DNA of 62,440 nt, filler included, from Basidiobolus ranarum (Eukaryota), in assembly GCA_040143965.1 (NCBI GenBank). It is 30 parts of 30 records of this genome, joined end to end, with 100 filler letters (N's around TTAATTAATTAA, not from the genome) between each part and the next. Parts side by side here need not be neighbours in the genome. Positions count along the whole stretch, not along the records: positions 48,010 to 49,988 come from JASJQH010010861.1; positions 50,089 to 52,065 come from JASJQH010010862.1; positions 52,166 to 54,142 come from JASJQH010010863.1; positions 54,243 to 56,218 come from JASJQH010010864.1; positions 56,319 to 58,293 come from JASJQH010010865.1; positions 58,394 to 60,367 come from JASJQH010010866.1; 24 more parts are not named here. One strand, given 5' to 3'. This document shows positions 48,010-60,467 of this stretch, in pieces (the stretch's first letter is position 1; each line of letters opens with the position of its first letter). A program made the position numbers and the translations under genes. The notes under the pieces are model-generated. The model saw nothing but the letters and a program-made list of their open reading frames with translations, searched no databases and was not told where the DNA came from.

Positions 48010-49124
48010 ACTGAGGGTGCTTTGCAGTGTTTGTGTGGCTTTTTGCTTGCCTTTAAGTTTGGGGCTTATTTCAACACTTTAAAAAGTACCAGTTGAGGTT
48101 GGAGAGCCATGAGTTTTATTTGCAGGTGTATTGGCTTGGTGAGAGGTGTTGGATAAACTTCCAAATTTCACACTCTTCCTACTGGTATAACTGGTTCCAT
48201 GGCATAATTAAGCTTTTTTACCAGTTTGTCTCACTCTGGAAAACAAATCTTTGTAATGGTGTGAAGCATTTGGCAAGTGGGAGAGTAGAGCCTAAACTCA
48301 CTGGCTCCTTTTCCTTTGGTTACTAACTTCTTGCTCCTTGAGTTTTTTTTGAGCTGCTTTTCTTTCTTTTCAAAGTCAATAATTGCATACATCTTTGAGA
48401 TGTTTCATGCTGAGGCCTATTGTAGCCCAATTGCCCTTTGCTTGCTAAAACCCAGTATAAGCCACATGAAATAAGTCAAGAACCTTCAGAGTAATGCCTG
48501 GGTTTTGGTTTTTCCATGATGGGCTCAAATCAATGTAATTTTAGGCTAGATTCCGCACAGTTTCCACAATGTTAAACCACTCATCATCACTTCAGGTGAT
48601 GGCAGCTCTGATTTGCAGAGTCTTTTGGTTTGCTGGCTTTTCTATGAGATTTCTACTTTCATTTACCCAAGCAATCTTAGGTTGTTGTGTAGTCTTAATG
48701 GTCCAACACATATTCTTCTCTGCTAGATTGTCATGGTGGTGTTCATATGTATAGTGTGGGATTGATTGAAGTTCCACATGAGAATGGATGGAGAGAGCAG
48801 TATGTTGCTGTAGCTCAAGTACAGCATTTTGAAGATCTTGTATCATTGTTGAGTGACTCTCTAACCATTGACTAGTTGCTTCACAACTTTGCATTTATTG
48901 CAATATTGAAGCATTATTGCTTGTCATGGCCTGTATTGCAGCTTTGTAGTTTCTACTTATGATTGCATACAAATCATTATGGTGTTCTGCTTGAGATTCC
49001 ATTGTTGTAACAATTCTAACCAAATTTTCTACTGAGGATTGCTCAATAGTTGGCAAAGTAGCCATTTTGGAAGATGATGGTCTTCATAGTGTTGCTGTCA
49101 AACTTTGCTCAACTATTGATTTAC
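48010..49124 (-). mobile_element. Element C ORF2 (degenerate), cut by an LTR-A fragment (about 49125-49291)
   Basis: MATLPTIEQSS...TMIQDLQNAVLELQQ...AWVNESRNLIEKPANQKTL...KGNWATIGL, homologous to 6280-7000. Confidence 0.75.
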
Positions 49125-50088
49125 CCAACTTTGCACACATGTTCCTGGGATCTTCCTTTACAAATTCTACACATTAGTTTGTTTATATCTTGACAAAACT
49201 ATATATGTCAACTTTCAAATCAATAAGTGAAAGCTACCAATTCTTCTACTTCTCTAAACCACTAACAACAAACTCACAAAACATTTTAATAGTTGCCCCA
49301 TGCAGTAATATATGATCCTACTATAACATTGGATCTCATCATTTTTATGTGATTTCCATCCTTGATTTTACAAATCTTCATTAGTCAAATAGCCCATATT
49401 TGATGCTTCACAATATTCATCCAATTTATCTCATGCATTATAGGAAATCTATGCTTAATATATTTTCCACTTAAACTAGATTTAATCTATTGGATTTTTT
49501 TTCACATTTCTTTGCCCCAAAAATGAAATCTACTAACAAATATCTGGAAAGATAGTTCTTGCATATCATACACATTTATTAAAGTTTCTTGAGTAGATCA
49601 CACCTGGCCTTCCATTCACCAGATGTCTAGACTATACACACTTGAAGTCTCCGGAAAACTCAGTCTACGGCACAAATGGACGGTCATGTTCTATCCAAAA
49701 CCTCTGTAGTTTTTGACTTTATATGGGACAAAATAAACTTGAGAGACAGAATAAACCTTCAATATTATTACTATTCCTTTTTTTTGAAATAATTCATTAC
49801 ATCCATTCTTGATAATTTTGACATTACAAACAACTTCTTCAAAAAATATTCATCTTCCGAAATACCTAGAATTAGTAGAAATATTACAACTGATGCACGC
49901 ATTTCTGTTTCTTCTCACTATTTGAAGCGTAGTGGAGCATATGAACTCTTACTAGGAAAGTATGATTTTAACACCCCTGGCCTTCACTNNNNNNNNNNNN
50001 NNNNNNNNNNNNNNNNNNNNNNNNNNNNNNNNTTAATTAATTAANNNNNNNNNNNNNNNNNNNNNNNNNNNNNNNNNNNNNNNNNNNN

Positions 50089-52065
50089 CCCTGCTTTTAT
50101 TGTCACAAATTCTTATGCTATGAAAGCCAGAGGTTTCATAGAAAAATAATCACAAGCATGGTCACTCTACAAGGCCACCAGCTGCACAAAGCCTGTTGAA
50201 TATATAGAGTAATAAGTATGCAAAATTAACTTTAGTCTTGCCCACTGGGTCCACTGAGTGTACTTTGCCTCAAAGTTCTGGTAACACTGGCAAAAGTCAA
50301 GATACCATGGAGTTACCACAGCTATATGACCAGATTGATACCAATAGAAATGCAACTTTGGTTGAGTCAGTAAGTCCAGTCAACTTTGAGGACATGCTGC
50401 TAGATGTTGACCTTGGTTGTTCCAGTACCCAGGGTAGTAAATTAGAAGTTGAAGAAGAAGACAATGGTCTTGTTACAGGCTCTTTGTTATAGGCAAGCAT
50501 TGGTCCACACATAATATCTAAAGTAGAGGAAACAGCTTTGAATATTGAGATGTGGAGAGTTCAATCAAATCTTAGCAATCAGGTGTTTATTGGTTTTCTT
50601 ACACTTTCACCACAGATGATTGGCAATTGTTGCTTGCCACAGACTTGGTACAAGTGGCAAACATTTGTCAATCATATGACTTGTAATCCTGTAGTAATTA
50701 AACTACCTTCATTTCCAAATGGTTGTTTGCTTTCACTGGTGATCTGTAAAGCTGAAGTCATTTACTGTTTGCACACAATTAGCAAACACAGAATCAGGAA
50801 ACTGTCATTCATATTTGGCTTATGTACCATTGATTCCACATCTTAAAGTTTTGATGAAATTACCCAAATATAGAGCATTGATTCAATACCAAAGTACCTG
50901 CCATAAAGCTAATGGTATTACCAATATACTTGATGGATATCACTACCAGATTCTGAAAAGTCAAGATTCCTTTGAGTACACATATAATCATGCATTTGCA
51001 TTGGCTCTGGATGTTTTTTTTGCTCAACAAATATATTGCTGGAAAGGCTTGCTGGCCAATACTTTTGATTAACTTCAATTTCCTCCTTCTCAATGGTATA
51101 GGAGTCATAATATTTTGATACTATCATTCACCTCTGGACCTAAGTCAGCAGTGCTTATAGATAGCCTCTTGGAGCCTCTAATTGCAGAATTTGAACAATT
51201 ATCTAATGGGGTTCAGATGGATGAGTATTTTGTTAAAGCTAATATTGTTATATATATTGATGACACTCCTGCCACCAGTAAACTTGGAGGTTTTTGTGGG
51301 CATGATGCACTATCTTACTGCAGATTTTGTCAAATCAATGGAGTGTACCCTATGTGGCATACTCACTACTACTATCCAAAAACAAAACTAAACTCTGTGA
51401 TCTTACTATTATGAGCCCAGTCAGATTTTACCATGTTCACTGAAATCAATTCACCAGATAGTCAGTCTAACATCATACTGGGTATTAGCTGTAAGCCTAA
51501 GAAAATATTGCTAGCGGGGATCAGCTGGAGCCAGCGCTTCCCATTAGGCACCATGCACTAACTATTCATCAGCATTCCAACACTTCTTATTTGGCTATAG
51601 AGTGTAAAATTGAATATGAATGAGCCACTTGAGATAAGATCAAATTTTGAATTGATAGGAAAAATGCTTGAGAACATCAAGATACCATTGTATTTTACCA
51701 CAACTCCCAGCAACATCCACTCATATAGGTGTTTATTCAAATGCAACAACTGGAAGTATTAGATTTGTATAAGTTCAAGTTGAATCTTAAAAGGATTTCT
51801 GCATGATAAGTATTGGTAACATGGGAGCTGATTGTAAATATTGGTAACATATTCTAATGACATCAACTCATATTGGCATATGTCAGGCAGATACAGCAGC
51901 TGTGCAAAGATTTTGTAATTGGATATGAAAAACTTCATTACAAGTTTAAAGAATATAGACTGAATGTATGCCTATATTTGTCACATTCCCTGCTGCCTCT
52001 TTCTCAATAATTAGAGCTTATAGTCCCATGCGGTACATTCCAAGAGGTCCCAATGGAGTGCCCCT
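50089..52065 (+). mobile_element. Element C transposase, N-terminal two-thirds, degenerate
   Basis: YVPLIPHLK, DGYHY, ALALD, SGPKSAVLIDSLLEPLI and DTPATSKLGGFCGHDALSYCRFC. Confidence 0.88.
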
Positions 52066-52359
52066 NNNNNNNNNNNNNNNNNNNNNNNNNNNNNNNNNNN
52101 NNNNNNNNNTTAATTAATTAANNNNNNNNNNNNNNNNNNNNNNNNNNNNNNNNNNNNNNNNNNNNTTACATTTTATGAAATTCCTCATAACTTCAGAAAA
52201 CTGAAATGCCTAGATAATGAATACTGTTCTCGGATTGGATATCAAATCAATATACAATGTTCAATGAGTTGTTTATTTATAAACACTTGAGGGTCCTACA
52301 TTTATACTTTGTTGCTGTATAAAAGAAGATTTGGTAATGTTCGTTTCAAGTCAGTTAAA

Positions 52360-52845
52360 ACATCATTGGTAGCGTCGTAAACCTGATGTAGTAAGGATAC
52401 AAGTCCTTCCGATAAAAATAATGCTGCAACACCAACAACAGGAAGGCCAGCCATACTGTTGCCTGAAATCTTCTTGCTTACTTTTACGCCACCGATATAT
52501 GCCGAGTGGATATCTATTCCAGGTGCAGAAAGTTTTACACAGGCTCCCCAATTACTATTGAAATTATCGTATCACTCTTGTCCCCGCTTAATGATACATT
52601 AGCTATGCTCTTGCGACTACTAGATTTAGCCTGCTTGACCATTCGGTTAATACCAGAAACTACGCCAGCTGTACTTCCAGTTCCTCTACTGCCCAGTACT
52701 TCAACACCAATTCACTTCACCTTTTTGGCGACGACAAAAAACTTTCCACCCACAACTCCAGCAACATGAGATCCATGGCCATTTAGGTCTTCAACCGCTT
52801 CACCTTTAACAAAACTGACAGGAAGACTGGTCCTAGTCCTAAGAA
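52360..52845 (-). pseudogene. Subtilisin (S8, proteinase K-like) pseudogene
   Basis: DLNGHGSHVAG (catalytic His), APGIDIHSAYIG and SGNSMA (catalytic Ser), with a stop, frameshifts and an internal deletion. Confidence 0.85.
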
Positions 52846-54242
52846 TTGGAATTAGAAAGACTTTTTGAATAGTAAGCCTTACAGTACACGTAACTTTGTT
52901 AATGTCTGCTTCACCTTTGAGTTTGATAATGTCAGAAGAGCGTTTGGATACAATATATTCCCGAGGTCTTGCGAGTAGGCATATAGATCGTGGGAATGGG
53001 AATAAAGAGATGTGTACACATAGCTATAAAACCAGCAAGTCGAGAATTTCCCAATTTGAATGGCATTTCAGTATTCAACTGTATCTTCACTATTGGTTTG
53101 TAAATTTACCCACACTAGCGGTATAAGGGTCACTTTGTGCTTGTCTCACCTATAGCCTTAAAGTTTCTTTCTGCTTGAAGTACATAAGGAAAAGTGATAC
53201 AGGATGATCAATTTCCTCGATTGAAGCTAGGGATCAGCAATGAGACACATCTTTTTATGGTTTAGAATTGATTATACTATTCATTAACAAACCATTGACT
53301 TGTTTTTGTCTACAATGGACAAGACCGATTCGGTGATTTTCCTTTTGCTCCATAGATTTCCCTGTATCCGGGATATAGATACATATATATAGGCTACGAT
53401 CTAATGACACCAGCCTCAGCCCAGTTTCGCTTGCTATGATAAAAATATATGTTTCGTAGTACTAAGGCTGAATGTACAATACAGATAGTGATTGATAATC
53501 GACAACATTAGAGGATAAGGCCGGGTGATTCTAATGCACAAGGTTGGCAATAACTGGTCACATAGTTTAGGGATGACAACTATGATCAAATATTGGAAAT
53601 ATTGAATGAGGCAAGTTTAGCACTTAATCTCAACCATTGAAAACCTCGGTCAAATTGAAACATGGCTTTGCAACAATAGATACATGTCTCTTCTCGTGCT
53701 GAAACAATATCCAAGCTGTTTCCACTACGGATGAGCACAGGGAAAAGTTCTACAACATATTTGGCAAGCACATGTACAGATATTGGTGAGTATATTCGAC
53801 CGAGGCTTAGCCTGCGATCTCCATTTAGGAGACAGATACTCTATCCACTGATGCATGAAGCCTTCATAAATCACTGGTAAAAGCAAACCATACCCTAATA
53901 TACAACTCCAATTTCTATGAAGAACATTGCTTTGGAAATGGTGATGTTGGTAGTCAATAGACACAAAGTGATATGAAATTGATGAGAATGTTTGGTGTTA
54001 GTCACAATAGCAACAATCTGATGGGATTTGCAATGAGTAAATATTCATGAAAAATTATTTCTGAAGCTACATATTTTCTAGTTTTTTGATTACAGCAAAT
54101 GGTGCTCTTCATTCTCTGCTCACGTGATATATTTTCTTCACTNNNNNNNNNNNNNNNNNNNNNNNNNNNNNNNNNNNNNNNNNNNNTTAATTAATTAANN
54201 NNNNNNNNNNNNNNNNNNNNNNNNNNNNNNNNNNNNNNNNNN

Positions 54243-55649
54243 TTGGGAGGTGCATTTTCAAACTCTTTGGTCTTCTGACCCTTGGTTGCGTCTTTGGGTG
54301 GTCTGTTGGATTTGTTTCCTTTTTTCTTCGGTGGTTTCTCTTTATTCCCTCCACCTTCAACATTAGGATCACGTTCTTTTTTGGGCTTAAATGGCTTTGG
54401 TGGTTTAGGTGGGCGCTCATCTTTGCTAGGTTTCCCGGTTACTTCACCTGTTTCCTCTTTCTCTTTGGCTCGCTCTTTGCGGCGTCTCTCTCTTTCCTTT
54501 TTACTGGGCTTTTTTGGTTTTGTCTCAGGTTTAGCACCAGTAGAGCCATTGTTGCCATTGGCACTAGCGCTGTTGCCATTTCCGCCGGCACTTCCCTTCT
54601 TACGGTTGGTAAGAATCATCATAGGAGCCTGTTTACCTGCCATATTTTTCTTCTTGGATTTAGAAGCGGCCTTCTGAGCACGAAGATAATCCAACAATGG
54701 TGTAGATTTTGAAATAGGTGTAGTATTGACAGGGATAACTTTGAAAAGTTTACTATTAGGGACTGGTATACTCAAACTAAAGAAATAAAGTAAGCTTACT
54801 GGATTCTTTAGATAATCTTGCCTCAAGTTTTTCTAACTGAGTGGTACCATCACTAACGCCGTTGCTATCCTTGTTCTCTTTCTTATCGTCGTTTAAACTT
54901 TCCAAAAATGCCAAGTAATCGGGATCTAAGAAAAGAAATTTCTTCAATTCCCATTTCTGTTTTTAAAACAAAATAGCCTTATAAAAACCTTCTTCAATGG
55001 TTCCTTCTCTGGGGTCAGGTTTGTGGTTTTCTTTTGGAGTTTTCTGGAATGGAGCAAATTCTACTACAGCTCTACTTTCGTTTCCTAAAATTCAACCCAA
55101 CCAAGAAAGAGTTAAGATCAGTTTAGCGAAGGGATAAGTCCAGAATACATAAGCATTTATACCCTTGGAGTCAACGAAAAGATGACCATCATATCCACGA
55201 TGAAACAAAATAATATCTTCGATGGTTTTAAAGTGTAAATAACTCCTCGAAAAATGGCTCTCTTTGTTTTTACTAAAGAAGAAAGAGAGTATTCATTAGC
55301 CATTACTGTTAACATTTGGAGAATCCAAAAGAAATGGGCGACATTGGTGCAACAACAAAAGGAGTATTTGTAAGCATAAGTTAAAGTAAAAGGATATTTA
55401 CTTCGCACTGATCTTTCCAGGTACATAAAGTCTCCAAAGGATATTCTCTTCAGTTATATAAGGCTGAATGGACTTGAAAAATAACTCTTCAGGAAGATTA
55501 GGAGGTAAACGACGAATGATCACCTTAGTTTTTGGGCCCTCAACTCGTTTATTAGTTTTCTTGGTTCTAGGTTTTCTTTTTGGTTTCTTTAATTTTTTTT
55601 GAGCCACCGGAGATTCCTGGTTTGTTTGGTCATTGGGTGAAGTGGTCAT
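54243..55649 (-). CDS. UPF3: Nonsense-mediated decay factor UPF3 (Smg-4/UPF3), 3'-truncated. Exons 55649-55402, 55272-55163, 55084-54989, 54925-54800 and 54738-<54243
   Basis: KVIIRRLPPNL, FSRSYLHF, GHLFVDSKG, VEFAPFQK, DPREGTIEEDPDYLAFLE and TPLLDYLR. Four phase-consistent GT-AG introns of 129, 78, 63 and 61 nt. Confidence 0.95.
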
Positions 55650-55995
55650 AGGTAATCTTTCAACTTCACAAACAAAGTATTCGTGTGATAAAGTTACGTG
55701 GTTTGACGGGAGTTAAATAAATGAAAGGATATTATTATTCTTAAGTGCATCTGGAAGAAAAAAGTTTGATTATTGATTTATGTAGCGAATATATCTGCCT
55801 ATTTAATCGAATACTTAATCAATCGTTCTACATATAAATGCACTGACGGCAGAACTTGCAGGTATCTGATCACGAGATTGTCGTGTACTTCAAGAACAGT
55901 TCGTAGAAGAAATGTGAATGTCAAATCATAGGAGATAGGTTATCAGATTTTATTCATAACTTGAAAGTAAAAAGCGAGCTGACACAAATATGTTT

Positions 55996-56218
55996 CTACA
56001 TGTGTTCTAAAACAACTGGCTCAGTGGTGGTGTAAACAACACGACTCTTTTGGAAACCATTAAACTGAGACGCAGCACACATAGTGTAAGCACCCATATT
56101 TTCAAAGTACACCCAATCCCCAATATTCAACTCGGGTAAAGTGCCATTCTTGACAAGGCAATCAATAGAATCACATGTAGGACCCCACATGGAATAATCG
56201 TAAGTAACGTCATTGACT
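55996..56218 (-). CDS. SPE1: Ornithine decarboxylase C-terminus, 5'-truncated
   Basis: WGPTCDSIDC...GDWVYFENMGAYT.CAASQFNGF. Confidence 0.93.
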
Positions 56219-56318
56219 NNNNNNNNNNNNNNNNNNNNNNNNNNNNNNNNNNNNNNNNNNNNTTAATTAATTAANNNNNNNNNNNNNNNNNNNNNNNNNN
56301 NNNNNNNNNNNNNNNNNN

Positions 56319-56683
56319 TATGTGCATTTGTAGAGACTAACACAACAAGATTTGGGTATTTCTTGATTCTCATTATGGATGGAATGCAAAGCCAAAATAT
56401 CTAAATAAAGGAATGCATATTAATTCAAATCCCTACAGCAGTAAACCCAGTAACTTGCCATTCAAAAATTAGATTTTTACAAAAATTGGCAGAAATTAAA
56501 TAATGCATGCCAAATATGAGGATCAATATTTTACCATGTATGAATACCATCAAGAAGCCACCATCACACCATCAAAATAACTGGCAGAATGCAAGCCACC
56601 AATATTGTGACAATTCTCTGATGGTAATGTGATTACTAAGGGTGAATCTGATCCGGATTAAATTGATTTTATTTTTGCTAGAG
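56319..56683 (+). mobile_element. Element C right end inserted in an LTR-B (56684-57027)
   Basis: Degenerate terminus ttttgctagag followed by LTR-B sequence. Confidence 0.75.
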
Positions 56684-57176
56684 GATATTGCAGGATGAAA
56701 CATAATATACTGAATAGGGAATATAATGTGGCAAGTTCAAGTGTCATGGTGTTAGGGACTACAAGGACCAATACAAAGAGGGATGATGTAAGGATAATCA
56801 GGTGACTTTCAAGGGAAGGTCTTGGTGGAAAAACACTGTGTGTGAGAAGACATCATTGGTTAGGTTCTATGGAATTTTCCAAAGAACATGACTTCCAAAT
56901 AAAGCAACCTGGATGAATTAACACAAGTTTGCCAAGAAAGGATGGCACATCAAATTTGATATCATAACCTAATAATAAAAGAGTTACATTTGTAGTGGAG
57001 GAGTATGTGGAGATCAGAATAATGACAGTATCCCCTCCTTTAGTGATGGCTTCCAGACATCATAGGGCCAGGTTTTTCTGGGTAGGCTTCATGAAACTCC
57101 TGGCAAAGTTCTTTAGAACTGGAGATATTTGTTGCTATCTCCAATGATTGGTCTTTTGTTGAGTATTGCTTCCAGT

Positions 57177-58293
57177 TGTCACAATAAGGAACTGGACAAG
57201 GACTGGGAACAACAACAAGAGGCTAGACAGTAGGAGGGTACTTGAGTGTAGGCCACAAGACAAGCCAAGACAAGACAAGGAAGATACTTTGGCAAGAATC
57301 TTCATTGATAACTGGTGTTGATCAGACTGAGGTCTCATCAAGGAATATATGGGGCTTATATAGATATTGCAAGGTGAAACATAATATACTGAATAGGGAA
57401 TATACCATGGCAAGTTTGAGAGTTGGGGTGTTGGAGACTACAAGGACCAATACAAAGAGAGATGATGTAAGGATCATCAGGTAACCATCCATGGAAGGTC
57501 TTGTCAGAAATGCACTATGTGTAAGATGACATGATTGGTTAGGCTCATGGAATGTTGCAACAAATATGACTTCCATATAAGGTAATCTGGATGAACTAAC
57601 ACAAGGTTGCTGAGAAGGGATAGCACAGCAGATATGATGTCATAATCTAATAATAGAAGAGTTCTATTGGCAGTGGATTAGTATGCCAAGATCAGAATCA
57701 TGACAGTATCCACTTCTTTAGTGATGGCTTCCAGACATCATAGGGCCAGGTTTTTCTGAATAGGCTTCATGAAACTCCTGGCAAAGTTCCTTAGAATTGG
57801 AAAGATTTGTTGCTGGCTCCCATGATTAATCATTTGTTAAGTATCCCTTCCAGTCTACTAAATATTGCAATCTATGTTGTTAAATTCTGGAATCCACAAT
57901 TTTACTAACTTCACATTCAGGGTGCTCTTCCACTTGGATTGCTGGGGGTGGGTCAATGGATTGGCCCTGGAAGGTGTTTCTGGCATGTGGGTCTAAGAGA
58001 GACACTTGGAATACATGGTGGACTTTGAAATGGGCTAGAAGTTCAAGGCAGAAGGCTACGGAATTGTTTTGCTTAATAATCTTAAAAGACCCTAGTCTTT
58101 TATGATCAAGTTTATCACAAGGTCTGGTGGTTTTGAAATTTTTTTGCAGCAGCCAAACAAAAGCTCCTGGCTTGAGATCTGGGCTTGGCTTTCTTTTCTC
58201 ATCAGCAAAGTTCTTGTATTGGAATTGAGCATGCTCCAACACAGATATAAATGTTTATCGATGTCCTTCAGGAAAGTGGCACGGTCTGAGGTA
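57177..58293 (-). mobile_element. Chromovirus (Ty3/Gypsy family B) 3' end: integrase C-terminus, chromodomain, PPT and complete 529-bp LTR (57177-57705)
   Basis: KLDHKRLGSFKI, HHVFQVSLL, EVSKIVDSR..LQYLVDWKGY...SWEP..NL. LTR ends TGTCA...TGACA. Confidence 0.92.
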
Positions 58294-58439
58294 NNNNNNN
58301 NNNNNNNNNNNNNNNNNNNNNNNNNNNNNNNNNNNNNTTAATTAATTAANNNNNNNNNNNNNNNNNNNNNNNNNNNNNNNNNNNNNNNNNNNNTTCATCT
58401 GATTTGGCCCAAAATGATTCAAATCAAAGCCAGGAGTTC

Positions 58440-59106
58440 CCTAAACAAACCATGGTGGGTAGTTTAATATATACTTTGGTTGGACCACATCTAAATATTG
58501 CTGTGGCATAGAGAACTGTCAGCCAATATCTCAAAATTTAACTATCTGAGCACAAAATTGCAGTGAAACAAATATTCAGGTATTTGAGAGGAACTGTACA
58601 TCTAGTTCTGTAATAATCTGGCACTTCTGTTGCACAAATCTTGAAGGCTACAGTGATGCACACTGGGGAACAAACCTTGATGATAGAAAATCAATAACTG
58701 GGTACACTTTTCTCTACAACAATGGGGCCATTACTTGAGATATTATGAAGGAACCCACTGCAGCACTTTCTACAACAGTAGCTGAGTATATGGCTGCCTC
58801 TGTGCTTACACAAGAAGCTATGTGGTTGAGGAAGTTATTCACAGACTTACCATACATGCAAAACTGTGCTATAACAGTATATGAAGATAATTAAGGTTGT
58901 GTTTTGCTAGCTAAAACCCTACATTTCATGCTGGAACAAAAAACAAAGATATTTGGCAACATGTTTTTGAAAAAGGAATAGAGTACAATAATTTTGAACT
59001 TTCATATGCCCTACTGAAGAAATGATTGCTGACATCTTAACAAAACATTTAGCCAAAGCACAACTTGAGTTATTAAGTAATAAGTCAGGTTCAAGAGAAG
59101 TTTAAA
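58440..59106 (+). mobile_element. Degenerate Copia RT-RNase H
   Basis: AVKQIFRYLRGT, GYSDAHWG..LDDRKSITGY, ALSTTVAEYMA and MIADILTK. Confidence 0.88.
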
Positions 59107-60222
59107 ATTATATGCTTAGTAGGAATGGTAGGTTGTTTCTTTGAATTCCAACAAGTAGCTCCATTGATGGAAGCAAATAACTATCCAGTTGTAGATCTCC
59201 AGTCTCAAATATTTCTTCCCCAAAGTACTTCCAAATATCCCATAGCATCAAAGTATCATTCACATTGCGCTTGTTTTAAGCAAAGAGCCACAATACCCAT
59301 CAAATATCTGAAAATCAACTTAACTGCTATGAATTGATCATATCCATATTTTTTCAGATATTAGCACAATACTCTCATAGAATATGCAAGATTTGGCCAT
59401 GTTCCAGCACTAATATACATTATAGTATCAACCATAGCCTAAGAAAATTCTGGCTTATATATTGATTGGAGAACATCTGATTTTAGTCTTTTTTTGCAAA
59501 GTTAATATTTGTCTCCATCAAGGCAAATACAAGATTACATTCTTCCATCTTAAACTTGTGTATTATATCTGGGACTTACATAGACTGGTTTAAAGATGCT
59601 ATTTTGGTAGTTAGATATAGACAGAAAGATCTTGGATAATAGGTAAGTTTGTATAAGTTCCAATCTTTTTTCCCCCAAAGCCTACTAGTTGCTTTTTTGA
59701 TCTTTTCAAAATGAAACTTGGCACTTCCAAGGTGGCCTTGCATACAGATAACAAATTCTTGGCAAATTTGGAACATCTAGTATGGCCTTAAGAGAATATG
59801 CTTTTTCTTTATAAGCCCCAGCTGAATTGACTTGAGTTGTTCTCATTCCAATAGCATCAAATGTGTGGTCATCTCCCATCAAAACCCTTATTATTGGGAG
59901 TTCTTCATAATCTACAAGCTAATGTTTTTCAATTGTAAAAAGTTGGGAGGCTCCAACATGAATATAGCACATCTGAATATCCTTGTTGGTAGTCACAGAT
60001 AGGGCAGATATGAACAATTGATATTCTGTTGTAACACAATTGCAAATTCATGACATTTTTCTTCTTATTCAAGTCTTTTAAAGGAATTTTTGCTCAAATG
60101 GCTAATTTTTTTACAGTAAACTCCAAATATGTTACTTTTCTTCTCAAAGTGCTTCTGACCATTATGGGAAGGTATCCCATATACTATTAAAGCACTTTCT
60201 TCATTCTTTTGGTTGGATCCTG

Positions 60223-60367
60223 CCCTAACAAAAATAAAATCGATTTGATCCGGATTGGATCCACCCTCCGAAATAGCAAAACCGTCAGAGAACTGTCACA
60301 ATATCGTTGGCTTGCATTCTGCCAGGGATTTTGATGGTGTGACGGCGGTTTCTTGACGGTATCTTGG
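60223..60367 (-). mobile_element. Element C right terminus, best-preserved copy
   Basis: CCCTAACAAAAATAAAATCGATTTGATCCGGATTGG..., with 8 CpGs retained. Confidence 0.9.
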
Positions 60368-60467
60368 NNNNNNNNNNNNNNNNNNNNNNNNNNNNNNNNN
60401 NNNNNNNNNNNTTAATTAATTAANNNNNNNNNNNNNNNNNNNNNNNNNNNNNNNNNNNNNNNNNNNN

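Noticed and set aside
53586..53964. Two overlapping minus-strand ORFs
   Set aside because: No recognisable motif or splice pattern.
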